A stretch of DNA of 62,235 bases, the filler included, from Squatina squatina (Eukaryota): the NCBI GenBank assembly GCA_031763465.1. It is 3 parts of 3 records of this genome, joined end to end, with 100 filler letters (N's around TTAATTAATTAA, not from the genome) between each part and the next. Parts side by side here need not be neighbours in the genome. Positions count along the whole stretch, not along the records: positions 20,059 to 47,997 come from JARFOE010000192.1; positions 48,098 to 62,235 come from JARFOE010000051.1; 1 more part is not named here. The stretch is one strand, 5' to 3'. The notes under the pieces were generated by a model. That model saw nothing but the letters and a program-made list of their open reading frames with translations. It searched no databases and was not told where the DNA came from. The translations under genes and the position numbers were made by a program. Of the stretch, positions 39,307-51,950 are shown piece by piece. Position 1 is the stretch's first letter. Every line of letters begins with the position of its first letter.

Positions 39307-42019
39307 TTCGTGTTTCACATCTCTCTTGCCTACAAACAGATCTCAGCCTTTTTGGGCCTGGAACTGATCTGTCCCGGGTGTACATTCAACCAAATGACAT
39401 CACTCTGGATTACATGCACCATATGTTGTGTGTGTCACTTGTGGCATTCCTGGGGCTGATGACAGCGAGTCCAGTCTATGTGCTGGAGATTACTCCCTCA
39501 ATTCAAGGCTTATAAATCAGAACTGTCAAAGTGGCCCCCCTACCCCACCTGAAACATTAACTAACATCTTTTTCTCTTTTCAGATGTTGATGGACCTAGT
39601 GTGTATTCCCAACAGTTTCTGGTTTTACAGTTAAACTATTCCACTGAGATAATCAGGGATTTAATGATATGGGAGAAACAGCACATTATGGTGCTTAGAA
39701 ATGTGTGCAGATTGAGTCTCTTATAATGTAGTCAACATATGTCACTTAATAACCTCTCTTGTTTCTGAGGATCTGGAAGGGTCAGCGGTATCATTAATTT
39801 GTTAGCAATAATCAAGAGATAGCTGGACCTCAGCTTTTTCACTGTATTGCTGGAGATGACAATTTACGTGAACAACAGCCAGGAGTTTGTCCCCTGGAAT
39901 GCCGGATAAAACCAGGCTTGGGAATCGTGGCCGATTTTAGTCCTCCCTATCTTGGGTCACTGAAGCTCCTACTGCTGTCCTGGATGAGGTCAGCTACATC
40001 AGCAGATCAAACCTGGTTCTTTCCTGATCTGTATCGCTGATAACTTCACCACAAGGTATGTGGAACCAGTGAGCCAGTGGGGGAGCCAATGGAATCATTA
40101 AAAAAAATATTGAACTTTTACAAAAAAAGAGACAGTGAAATAGAGAAATAGCGCTAGATGTTGAAGTGTTGTCCCCAGCCATGCCTCCCTCATTATCCGT
40201 GACTGAACATGATGAAAGGAGTAAATAAGGACTGCATTTGTCCGTGCAAATTATAAATGACGTGTGTACACACACAACCACATTAAACAGTTTTAACTGT
40301 GGAACCTCTGAACTGCGATTAGCACCAGTGATAGCAGCACACACAAAAGGAACCCCATCTCTTTCATCATCACATTAACAAATCAAAAGTGCATTCAGTG
40401 CTTCTCCAGTCACAGCATGACAAGCCTGACATGATTGTTTAGAGTTCAAGCACAGTATGGCACTAAATCTGTTTACCAGTTCAGGCTTCTAAAAGGCCAG
40501 CCCATCTGGAGAGCTGTCAGTAATCTTAGACATCTGAGAGCTAGTCACCTATTTAAAAAAAATTAACCTCAACATACAGTTACCTGCAAAGCAATTAACA
40601 CAAGTGGGCATAATTATGACCGCAAAATACAAGCAAAGTCTTACCTCATGAGAAATGAAGAATAATGATTACTTCTTTCCACAGATGGGGCAGCAGCAGC
40701 TGGATAAAGTCTCCCAGCCGTTATCTGTTGTGCATCATACAAATCCCAAGCCTGTATTTGACGGAAACCGATACTCTGAACTGGGGATGACTGAATGCTG
40801 CAGCCTAAAAACCACGGGGTTCCAAGTATTAGGGAAGGGGGCTGAAGGGCAAGTTAAAATTGTCTCATTGATGCGATTCTTTGAGCCTAGTGAGAAGAAC
40901 AACACAAACCTCGTAAAGTTTACAGTCCCTTGCTCACAATTCAACTTTAAGAGCCTGCTACCCTTCATCCAATTATGTCTAAGCCAACATTCTAAGTAAT
41001 GGTGGAAAATTCCAGAGCACTAAGATAACATACTCCTGTGTTCTCAAGTAAATCAAAGGCATGTGTGGAATTTAAGGCTAGATTCAGCACAAGAAAGGAC
41101 GTCCATCTATACTGTAACATAAGTGCATAACAGGCTAACCTATAGAGCAGGCTTTCAGACCAATATAAAGATAAATCTGGTACTGAGTACATATATAATC
41201 AACGTTGCCCGCTTTTACTAATTTCAATTATTAAATTATAAACGTATAATCATAATGAAANNNNNNNNNNNNNNNNNNNNNNNNNNNNNNNNNNNNNNNN
41301 NNNNNNNNNNNNNNNNNNNNNNNNNNNNNNNNNNNNNNNNNNNNNNNNNNNNNNNNNNNNTAAGGTACAGATTTAAATTAGGGAAGGTAACAGCTGCCAA
41401 CAGTAAAAGCGACTGTGAAGATTGTCATGCAAAAACCATTGGTTCACTAATGTCCCTTAGGGAAGGAAACCTGGCATTCTTATCCGGTCTGACCTTTATG
41501 TGACTTCAGTCCCACACCAAAACAGCTGACCCTTACCTGTCCTCTGAAGTGGTCCAGCAAGCCACTCTGTTGTATCAAACATCAGGGCAACAATGGACGG
41601 GCAATAAATGCTGGCTTTGCCAGCGATGCCCAAGTCCCAAGAATGAATACATTTTTAAAAATTCCAGATGCAGAATTGCTCTGGCCTAATTTCAGAAAAG
41701 CACCCCCAACAACATCAGTGTGAACTTTTCAACTCCCACACCATATGCCTTTGAGTGAAATTGTCAATTAATAGAAAATTATGCAGAATTGTGCGCTGTG
41801 GAGACTCATGTCAATTAGGAAGTGGACTGAGACAGCCCAAAGTCATTAGGGTGCTTTCAATTCCTCTAGAGATTAGACTTTAATCTTCTCAGTCTTATCT
41901 TGAAATTTATGTTCATGGGATACTTTTAAACTGTTGTCTATTAAAAAATTAATTTGCAGATTTTCACATTTATTTGCTGCCATCATCAAAACAGTAAAGC
42001 CAAGAAATTGCTGTTGGAA

Positions 42020-42440
42020 ACATTTAGAGAAATTGGGATTGTTCTCCTTGGAGCAGGGAAGGTTAAGGGGTGATTTAATCGAGGTGCTCAAAATGATGAG
42101 GTGTTTTGATGGAGTAAGTAGGAGAAGCTGTTTCCACTGGCAGGTGGGTTGGTAACCAGAGGACACAGATTCAAGATAATTGGCAAACGAACCAGAGGGA
42201 AAATTAGACATTTTGTTGTTCAGCGAGTTGTTATTATCTGGAATGTATTGCCTTTTGGTGGTGGAAGTAGATTCAACAGTAACTTTCAAAAGGGAATTGG
42301 ATATATACACTTGAAAAGGGAAAATTTGCAGAGCTCTGCAGAAAGAGCAGGGAAATGGGAGTGAACGAATAGCTCTTTCAAAGAGCCTCCAGGGGGACGA
42401 TGGGCTGAATGGCGTCTTTCTGTGCTGCAAGATTCTATGA
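42020..42440 (+). mobile_element. CR1 LINE 3' end
   Basis: LEKLGLFSLEQGRLRGDLIEV, TRGHRFK and VQRVVIIWNVLP motifs, then a tail gggctgaatggc...ctgtgctg...ttctatga. Confidence 0.88.
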
Positions 42441-45400
42441 TATCGATGGATGAATGTTTAATGCTCTTCTCTCTGCTATGTCAATGGGCGTTAAAGAATC
42501 TCTGAGGTGGCCAACATAGGGTCAATGGTGGTGTTCACTCATTTAAAATAAGCTCAAGTACCAGAGATGAGAGGAAGAAATTCAGAATCAGGATATTTCT
42601 GATTATTTTTTGAATATAGCAAAAGCGTAAGTCAGTCTTTACTTGATGTTTTTATGATCCTACTGTCTCACCATCTCAGTTACAGCCCATCTAAAGTATC
42701 CCTTACAACAAAACACCAATAGATTTTGCTCTTATATATATACTTACAGTAAGAGGCAGCCAGCTTGCCTTATTTTTACTGAGTACATCCAGAACAGTTT
42801 GAACTTATTAGTACTCCAGACAAACTGCATATGGCAAATCAGTGCAGGCGAGACTATCACCTACGGCTGTTTATGCAAGATGTGCTGAATGCTTAAAGAC
42901 CTGGCAAGAAAACAATAGTGCAGAGCCCAGTGTGATGCTAAAAGATAGAGCATGGTGCACATCAAAAAAAATCAAAAACTTGAAANNNNNNNNNNNNNNN
43001 NNNNNNNNNNNNNNNNNNNNNNNNNNNNNNNNNNNNNNNNNNNNNNNNNNNNNNNNNNNNNNNNNNNNNNNNNNNNNNNNNNNNNATGTTGGCAAGCCCT
43101 CTTGATGTACGGAGAGCGATCTTCCACTGGCAGCCACCTGATTCTTGTCTGAAAAACAAGCAGCCTGCAATTGTAAATGGGAGAGGTTGGACACCCCAGC
43201 TGTCCAGGAGCTGCCTGTTGCAATTTTCAGGTGGGCCTGTAAGTGGCTGAGCAGCACACCCATCTGGAGCTTAAATATGCAAATAGGGCTCCGATCCCTG
43301 ATTGTAATTTTCAGCTACAAATGGGAGGAGCGGGCACCCGGTTCTACCAGACATTCAACAGCCTTAAAGGATGCTGAGGTCAAGAAAGAACCCGGGAAGC
43401 TATTAAATTGTTTTTTTAATGCTCCACCTGGGTTCCCAAAAAATCTCTGGGCTGCTGCCGGTGCACGCAATGACACCACTCCACCCCACCGGACTGCCTC
43501 CCTCCCAATTCACTGTGAGAGTCGGCCCACTCGCTGCCCTCTCACAACTGGTGAGCTGCAGTGAGGCGGCCATGGCAGCGTGTTAATGAGGCCCCGAGCC
43601 TCGAAATGGCTCGGATCCCACGCAGGTGGATCGGCTGCTCTGCCAACTTCGCAGCCGCTTTGAGCGCTTCTGGAAAATCACACCCATAGTGTCAGAGAAA
43701 TAAGGGGGGGCGGAAGGGATAGGCTAAAAACAAAATTAAAATTGCTGTATTTCTTTAAGAAAATGGTTTGATTGCAATGTGGTAAAGTAATGAATGTGAC
43801 AGGGCTCAAAATAAATTTTAGATTGGCTTCTGATTAATGTTCATCCTCATCCTTCCAAACAAAATTGGTTCAGTGAAAACACAGTAACCAGAAGAACAGA
43901 AATAGGTCACTGCAGACAGGTTTATTGATGATTTCAAGTGTAAGGCGGAGATTTCAACTTTAGCATTGAACGCGGTGACTGAAGTAAACAACATGTCTGG
44001 AAATTGTTATACTCCCTTCTGCATAAATGTACGATTGCGGATTAATATTCTTTTGAAAAGAACTGATTTATATCACATGTCAGATCCAAGATAATCTGTC
44101 TGCTATTTCTGCAAGGACATGAACTGAGCTTCATGAACCGTCATAAGCCAGCCGTCATGGCTGTTATTCAAGAAACTTTCAAACCAAAATGGAAATATTG
44201 CTAAACTGCTTAGTGAGTGAGCCAAGAGTAAATACTTATTAGGGGTGACCATGTGCACAATGGTCGCTCTCTGACCCTTAGTAAATAATGCAGATACTGC
44301 AGTCATACAGTCATATCAAACGCCCACAGCTGAGCACTGTGAAAATAGGGATCGCCAGTTGGATTGTGCTGGTGATATTTGCTGGCAGGAGAGAAAGGCC
44401 GAGATGTACCATGGGTGATTTAAATATGTAGGTGGTCATGAAAGCCTGCCAAACACTGTATTAACAGGGGAATGTTAATAAATAAATGACAGAGAAAAAA
44501 TGGGAAGATTTGACAGGGTGTAACCACCCTCTGGGGTGCTAGTTTGGGCTACATGTCAATTGAGAAACCCAGGCAAAGGGCCAAGAGCCATAATTCAGGA
44601 GATTATCAAGGCTGGAAAGAATAGTATGGAAGATGAGTCAAATTGAGAAGCAATGATTAGTGGAGGGCTTTAAAAAAAAAAGCCTGTAAATTGTAAAAGG
44701 AAGGGGCGATTGAGGGAGGTTAAGAGGTCCCACAGTTTTGAGGTACTGGTGCCTGAAGGGGGAGGAATTGGTTCGCATTGAACTATGGGGTGTTCCCGGC
44801 CTCCACTCACCCCACTCCCCCCCCCCCCAACCTACCAGATGGTCGNNNNNNNNNNNNNNNNNNNNNNNNNNNNNNNNNNNNNNNNNNNNNNNNNNNNNNN
44901 NNNNNNNNNNNNNNNNNNNNNNNNNNNNNNNNNNNNNNNNNNNNNAGTTGAGCAGCTCATATCGACAGAGACAGTGTTACAGCATTGAAACAATATACAG
45001 GAGTTGGAGTGTCTCTCATACACTGAAAGTCATGAGTTGGATCCAAATAAAGATTCCAAAGTTCTGAATTGTCTGGATGTCTAAGTACTCTGAGGGGTCA
45101 AGTACCCTTAATTATAAACAAGTACGTTGGTGGCGAACAGGAAAATTCTGACTGTGGGGCATCAAACCACTTTTTAGCGCTTCCAGACGTAGCCTGAACT
45201 TTGATTCCCTCCCTATCTGGGTCTATATTTCTGTTAATCAGAAGTTGGCAACTTTGGTACCAGACAGTTTATAATAGGCTAACAGTTTGTTATAACAAAG
45301 ATCAACACATTACAAATTTAGCCAGGGGCCTTTGATCTCCTTAAGAATTAGATGCCAATTCTTTTCTCAGTTTCAATTACATTTAAGATTTGCTATTATT

Positions 45401-46831
45401 TTGGAGACAAATTCAAAAATGTACAGCTTCAATTAGTTGATGAAGACTANNNNNNNNNNGGTGAGTTCTGTTCCAATTCTTTTATATTTACAATAACTTT
45501 ATACAAATGAAAAATGAAAAAAGATCAAAAACTGAGTTCCAGGAGCAAGCTTGGTTACGGTACATTAAAAATATCGCACAGTAACTCCATGGGTAATTAT
45601 AGACCAATTGGGATGTTTCCCTTGAGTTGCTTAAACAAATACGAGTTATCCTTTCGATGATATTTCTAGTGAAATCATAAGCATGCTCTTTATGATGTAG
45701 CTACATGTTGTAAGTAAAGAAAATCATTACCAGNNNNNNNNNNNNNNNNNNNNNNNNNNNNNNNNNNNNNNNNNNNNNNNNNNNNNNNNNNNNNNNNNNN
45801 NNNNNNNNNNNNNNNNNNNNNNNNNNNNNNNNNATTATCTCATCGGAATACTCCACTTTTTAAACAACAATAACTCGTGTCTATTTTTTCCCAGCAGAAG
45901 ATGAAGGTATGGGAAACAGTCTTGGGATTTACACAATAGCACAAACAATTCATGGAACTTTCTGTAGGAAGTGAGTCACGTCGTAATTAGTTGCACTTGT
46001 GATCTTTTATTTTGTTCTAGTTTCAGATGGAATACTTGGCTGAGCTATTCTTTTAGCACAGCTACTACGTGACAGGTAATCAAAGCCAAGGCACAGCAGT
46101 GTTCTTTATGTAAAAGCGTCATTTGCAGTGCTTGTTATGCAATGCTTCAAGTGCCAAGGAGAAAATTACTCAAATAAGTAAAGGAAATGCTGTAAATGCA
46201 CAGCAGGCCCATCAGCATCTGGAGGAAGAAGATTGGTTGGAGGCCGCGCTGATGATATCAGATAATTGATGATAGCTGTAAAAATGGTGGATGTGGAAGG
46301 CTCCTACAGATGTGTTTACAAGTTTGCTAAAAACACACAAGAGAGGAAGTTAAACCACTTGATTTTCACCTGAAAGGAGAAGGCGAAACACAGAGCATAA
46401 TTGAGGAACACCAAGCGTGGGTAGAATCGGAAGATCTGCAGCTTGCTATCTGGAGCCAACTCAAGGGCTCCAATGACGGCTGAGCCCAGGGATTTGGAAC
46501 TCACAGGGCCTGCTTACCAGCACAGTTTAGTGGCTCAACATCAGCAATTCATATAATTATGTGGGTGTATGTCAAGATGCCTGTATAGTTTGGGAAGCCC
46601 ACAACATTTGTTTGTGCAATTCTGTAAGACCACGTGACTGAGCTACAGTTCACCATGGAGCATGTAGCCATGTAGAATTCAGGCAAGAATTCTCATTTTT
46701 CTGCCCACAGTAAGGACATCAAGATGGTGGTNNNNNNNNNNNNNNNNNNNNNNNNNNNNNNNNNNNNNNNNNNNNNNNNNNNNNNNNNNNNNNNNNNNNN
46801 NNNNNNNNNNNNNNNNNNNNNNNNNNNNNNN

Positions 46832-47000
46832 CCACAGGGAGTGATTGAGGTGAATAGTATAGATGCATGTAAGAGGAAGAAAGGACGAGAAGGATCTGTT
46901 GATGGGGTTGGATGAAGAAGGGTGGGAGGAGGCTCGTGTGGAGCATAAACGCCGGCATAGACCTGTTGGGCCGAATGGCCTGTATCAGTGCTGTAAATAC
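46832..47000 (+). mobile_element. CR1/HE1-type 3' tail
   Basis: gaggctcgtgtggagcataaacgccggcatagacctgttgggccgaatggcctg...gtgctgta. Confidence 0.7.
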
Positions 47001-47203
47001 TTTGCAATACATTGTACCGTGTAATATTGTATTGGGGAGTCGTTGCTTGTATAGCAGGCCTTACGTTTCTGGCTGTGAACAGCAAGTGATAAATCACACA
47101 GAAACAGAGAGTGATTTTGTAAAGAGAATGTTGTGAGGCAGCCAGGCGGCAGGAGTCTGTGAAAAGGTTGAAGAGCAAAAGAGAATGTCCAGATATTTCT
47201 TGT

Positions 47204-47578
47204 TTAAGCCAAGTATGATATGTTGTGTAGCATGGAGTATTCTTTATTTTGTATGACTGCTTGAAGATGAGTCATGCTGTTTGACTTTAGTGAATCCAAC
47301 AAACTTTTAATCCTCTCGCTAGCTGGTTGCCGCCTCTTTTTACTCTTGCCCCCAGAGGGTTGCGTGGTAGGAAGGAGTATGGCTGCTAATCCCCAGGGTT
47401 TGGTCTTGGTCACAGGGCGTTTCAGACCTGCCTGCTGTAATATCCATGCACTCTCTCTCGCTGCAGTCACAAACTTCTCCAGTTGGGTTTGGTTGACATT
47501 CTTGCTCACATTTAGAGCCTGTTCAAATGGGTTCTGAATGTACAGTGGAGACACTGCAGGTTTATTTTGTTCTTTTCC
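47204..47578 (-). CDS. MTPAP: Mitochondrial poly(A) polymerase, last coding exon
   Basis: After acceptor ccattccag| it reads GKEQNKPAVSPLYIQNPFEQALNVSKNVNQTQLEKFVTAARESAWILQQ...PWGLAAILLP...IKSLLDSLK, matching the MTPAP C-terminus (SPLYIQNPFETSLNISKNV...ARESAWILQQ...PWGL). It sits next to JCAD, as in human. Confidence 0.92.
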   Translation of the reverse strand, partial: GKEQNKPAVSPLYIQNPFEQALNVSKNVNQTQLEKFVTAARESAWILQQAGLKRPVTKTKPWGLAAILLPTTQPSGGKSKKRRQPASERIKSLLDSLKSNSMTHLQAVIQNKEYSMLHNISYLA

Positions 47579-47997
47579 CTGGAATGGTTTCAGGAACAAA
47601 AAAGAAAATGAATTTACAACATCTGCTAGGTTTAATATTGTTCAAAAGATACAAAAAAAAACTGACATTCACTGAAGAAATTCACAGTATTGTCAAGCTC
47701 TTTTACAATATTGATTGATTTCTCTTTCCCACGTACTGGACAGCTCAGTGCAAAAAGGAGCAGAGCTGACCGAAGCAACATCAAGAATGTCCAAAAATCC
47801 ACAGAAGTACAAATAAACAAATTCCTCAATCTTGAACTTGTTCTTGACTTTTTAGTGATCCAGTTATTAAATTCACATTCAAGTTTAAAGTTTTTTCTCC
47901 TCTGCATACAACAGGACTCCTTTTATTCCACATATTATTTACATATATTTTTAAAACAGAAAATCTTAATTCGATATGCTGTTGAGTGCACTTTGCT

Positions 47998-48097
47998 NNN
48001 NNNNNNNNNNNNNNNNNNNNNNNNNNNNNNNNNNNNNNNNNTTAATTAATTAANNNNNNNNNNNNNNNNNNNNNNNNNNNNNNNNNNNNNNNNNNNN
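47998..48097. other. Artificial scaffold spacer (44N-TTAATTAATTAA-44N)
   Basis: 12-mer at 48042-48053, identical in design to 19959-20058. Confidence 0.93.
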
Positions 48098-49180
48098 TGG
48101 GGGAGGACCAATTACCATAACAAGTGCCTTTTGATTTTGTCCAGCTAGGTGTTAGCTCAGGTTGCATCTCCAGCAACTCCCAGCCTGCTAGTTTTGCTTC
48201 TGTGTTTTAATTCAGTCCCTGAACCACTGGTTTGGTTCTTACTGTGCTGGTTTCTGGTTTTATGGTTTTAAAGTATGGATTTTGTCCTGATTCTTACAAA
48301 CTGGAGAAAAATTAGTTTCCACATTGAACAAAAAAGATCATTAACATCCTATACAAAAGGGAAAGAGAGCGGAGCACAGCTTGGAGCTTCGAATCAGCTA
48401 TGCAGGCTTTTTTAAAGTGATATTACACTGAAAATAGAATAGGGACAGAATCTTTCCCTCTCTGCTTTCAACCTAATTTACAATTCCTGATTACTTCTTA
48501 TTTGTCAAAACCTTAGAAGGTGGGGTTCTCTCACTCTCAGTAACCAAATTAAGAAGACAGTGCTTTATAGCAGCTTTTTTTTACTGTAATCCAAATAAAA
48601 CAACATGCTTTGAAATGTCCAGATTCAGTTTCTACCAGACACCATGGCAACCGTAACTTCAATGCTGAAGCTCATCTTTTGAAAAGCAAACTCTTGCTTC
48701 GCTTTCAGAGTTGCACAAGCTGCCCCAGTTAAAATAAATATTTTACTTAAAATGTAAACTACAAAATTTTCCCCATGTCTAGCTGCACAATCTTAAATTG
48801 AAATGAACATACTCAATGAATCACATTCATGCAACTTAGAAATATTGATCCCGGTTATGAAATCAAAATGCCAGATTTTATGTGATATTCCCAGGTCGTG
48901 AACCTGCTCACACAGTTTAAATCAGATTAAAAGCCAAAAACACGGCTCAAGTTTCTCACAAATAATGCACATGTGTACATACATAAATCAATTAACAAAC
49001 TTAAAACAGCACATTCTAGTCAGAAAGACATCAATTAAAAATGCTGAAAACTGCCAACATCCAAGACAAGACGACAAAGCGTGAAATGGCTTTTAGCTCT
49101 GTGCACAGAAAAGTGGGTAGAGCAAAAGCAAACATAACAGTCACTTTGTTAAAGACAGATTTTCAGACAAAAGAAATAAT

Positions 49181-49882
49181 GGAGCTGAAATTGTGATCAT
49201 TCTGGGTGCGTACGATGTTCGCACGCAACCGGGGGGACCTCGCAAGTTCTGAATCTCGGGCTGCACTGCGCACCACACCTCCAGAACTTGCAATCTGTCA
49301 AGATTTCTCTTAACAGATCATCCGCTTCTGCTGGAAATGAGGTTTCCAGGGTGGAGAGTTGCAATATTTTCTGAACTCTTGCTCATGGAAATCTCTTTAA
49401 TTTTTTATGCAAGGTAAGAGTTTTTAAAAATGTAAAAATCAAATAAATGAACGGTACATTACTTAAAAACCATTTCCATTAAGGTAAGTATGTTTTTAAA
49501 CATTTTAAAAGCTATTTAAAATTTCAAAAAAAAAATTTATATTATTTATCTCATCTTTTTTAAATTTAATGTTACAATAGTTTTTTAAATGTTTTTTGGT
49601 GTGCTTGTGCAGTTTAATATCTCCCATTCATACTTTTACAAATCTGCCATATATGGAACAGATCTGTCAAAGCATTAATGAGAGACACTCCTGCCTAATT
49701 GGGGCTCTCCAGTCTCTCTGAAGCGCTTAGAAACAAGAGATGAGAGGCACATTGCTCATGCCCAACTATTGAGGCAGAAGACAGCAAGTTTAGGTGGCTC
49801 CCAGACCCTCAGGTAAATTCGCAGGAATATTTGAGATCGCAGGCATCCGTATGCAGTAAGCCTCGATCGCAGATTCAGCTCC
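49181..49882. mobile_element. Harbinger-like MITE, family copy 1 (diverged)
   Basis: TIR ggagctgaaattgtgatc / gatcgcagattcagctcc. The body is colinear with 51192-51950 and 57735-58466. Confidence 0.78.
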
Positions 49883-50118
49883 ATTGTAATTTCTTAAAGA
49901 TTCAGGAAAACTTCCACACTTCAACACACACTTTCACACAAACTGAAACTCTAGCCTCTTTTAAGGTACCTTTCATTCAGTAAATCTTGTGTTTTATTTT
50001 TCTTAGCTCGGAAGCTGACAACTTCAGTGTCAGTTTCAACTTAAGTTTCTCTTTTTTTTTCCACCTTTTACAACAAGCTCCATATTTGACCTCATTTATT
50101 TTACTCACTTTCAATCAG

Positions 50119-50846
50119 AAAAACAGGTGCCATCTGCTTCATTCATAGCAACGTCTCAGTCGAGCACGCATAATATGCAAGTCAATGAGGGGACAGCACA
50201 GAGACTGTCACTGTGTGGCAAAATGGACATGCTTGCTGCATCCCTTAGCAAAGAGATGTCCAAGAACAAACCTGGCAAATCTAGATCCTACATGCATCCA
50301 ACTGCCAGCTTCAAAGCTAAAATATCACGTAGTGCATCAGTGGGAGAGAACCTGCATCTGAATAGCTTGGGACAGTCGAGCGGTATGAGTTTACCCAACT
50401 CCAGAGCAGTGTCTATTATAGACTTATCGACAGAGTCCGTGAAAAGCACTACTCCAAGTGAAGATGGGCCAATTGAAGATTTTAAGGAAAAGATGCCACC
50501 AAAACAGACATTACAGAGTGGTACTTTATCTTATGGGAACCATCAGGCCAGAGCTAACTTAACCCTGAACCTTTCCAAAATTCACACCGACAGACTGCTG
50601 ATGCCTCCTCCAATAGCTAATGGTGTTGCTGTTTCGAAGGTCAAACAAAAACTGCGAGCTGGTCAGGATTCCACACGGCTGTCCACCTCAGCAGTCACTC
50701 CCACACAACCAGCGTGTTTGACTAAAAAAGATCAAACTGTTTGTAATGACCTTGTGGAAAGTGGAACACTGGAGAGGGGATCCCTCATGGATGACCGAGT
50801 GGAAAGGGCAACACTGGACAGGGGGCCCCCATGGATGACCCAGTGA
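50119..50846 (+). CDS. WDR62/MAPKBP1-family protein, C-terminal-region internal exon (3' boundary unresolved)
   Basis: Pyrimidine tract plus tcag acceptor, then SYMHPTASFKAKISRSASVGENL and SYGNHQARANLTLNLS. These resemble MAPKBP1 SYQNPTTSSMAKISRSISVGENL and WDR62 SYMEATASSRARISRSIS / SWGNHEARANLRLTLS. The frame is lost inside a minisatellite. Confidence 0.8.
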
Positions 50847-50929
50847 AAAGGACAACACTGGACAGGGGGCCCCCATGGATGATCCAGTGCAAAGGGCAAC
50901 ACTGGACAGGGGGTCACCATGGATGACCT
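50754..50929 (+). repeat. 44/45-bp minisatellite, at least 4 units, running into a gap
   Basis: Unit gtggaaagggcaacactggacagggggcccccatggatgaccca. Confidence 0.92.
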
Positions 50930-51191
50930 NNNNNNNNNNNNNNNNNNNNNNNNNNNNNNNNNNNNNNNNNNNNNNNNNNNNNNNNNNNNNNNNNNNNNNN
51001 NNNNNNNNNNNNNNNNNNNNNNNNNNNNNTCCTCCTTTGTGAAGACAGAACCAAAGTATGTGTTTAATTGTTCTGCCATTTCTTTGTTCCCCATTATAAA
51101 TTCCCCTGTTTCTGACTGTAAGGGACTTATATTTTTCTTCACTAATCTTTTTCTCTTCACATATTTATAGAAACATTTACAGTCAGTTTTT

Positions 51192-51950
51192 GGGCCTGAA
51201 ATTACAATCTCCCCAGCTGTGAACGAAGTTCCCACGCACCCGGGGAGACATCACAAAACCGGTTATGGGGCTGTCAATCGTAAGCCCGCATAATCGGGAT
51301 TTGCGATTTGTACAGGATCTTCTGGACAGATGCAACGCCGAGGCTGGGAAGCCCATCCCCAGCACAGAATTTTGCGATATTTTTGCAAAGTTTTCTGCTG
51401 GGGATTTCTTGAAATTTCTTACTCTTGTTAAAACCTAGCGTATCTGCTTGGTTTTAACATCGTAAGAAAAGTTAAAAAAATTTAATTCAAAATAATTACT
51501 GGGACATTACTTTAAAACCATTCCCAGTAAGGTAACTGTTTTCTTAAACATTTTAAAAGATTTTTTTTTAATTTCAAAAAATTTTTTTGTGTGTTATTTA
51601 TCTCCTTTTTCATTTTAATATTAAAATCATTTAAAAAATGTTTTCTGATGTGTTTGTGTTGATTTTCATCTTTCAATTAAGTTTTGACAGTTCTTGACAG
51701 ATCGCTGAGAACTGTCAAAACTTCATTTAAAGATACACCTACCTGATTGGCTGGGGCCTCCTACGTGACCTCTCCAGCCTCTGCAGTTTGACTTGCCCGG
51801 GAACGAAGGCAGCCCCACTCCGAATCTCCAGCTCGTAAGGGCTGAAGATCGCAGACTCTCGTGGATCCAGGACCCTTAGGTACGTTCGTAATTTTTTTTG
51901 CGATTGGAGGCACCCGCACGCAGGAAGCCTCCAATCACAATTTCAGGGCC
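51192..51950. mobile_element. Harbinger-like MITE, family copy 2, nested in the CR1
   Basis: TIR gggcctgaaatt / aatttcagggcc. CR1 sequence resumes on both sides, with an apparent 3-bp TTT duplication. Confidence 0.85.

Noticed and set aside
47632-47907. KSINIVK as a possible upstream MTPAP exon
   Set aside because: The resemblance is short, there is no suitable donor, and the flanking residues do not match.
50007-50034. Possible micro-exon after the acceptor-like tttttcttag
   Set aside because: Weak donor and no recognisable peptide, so it cannot be supported without RNA data.
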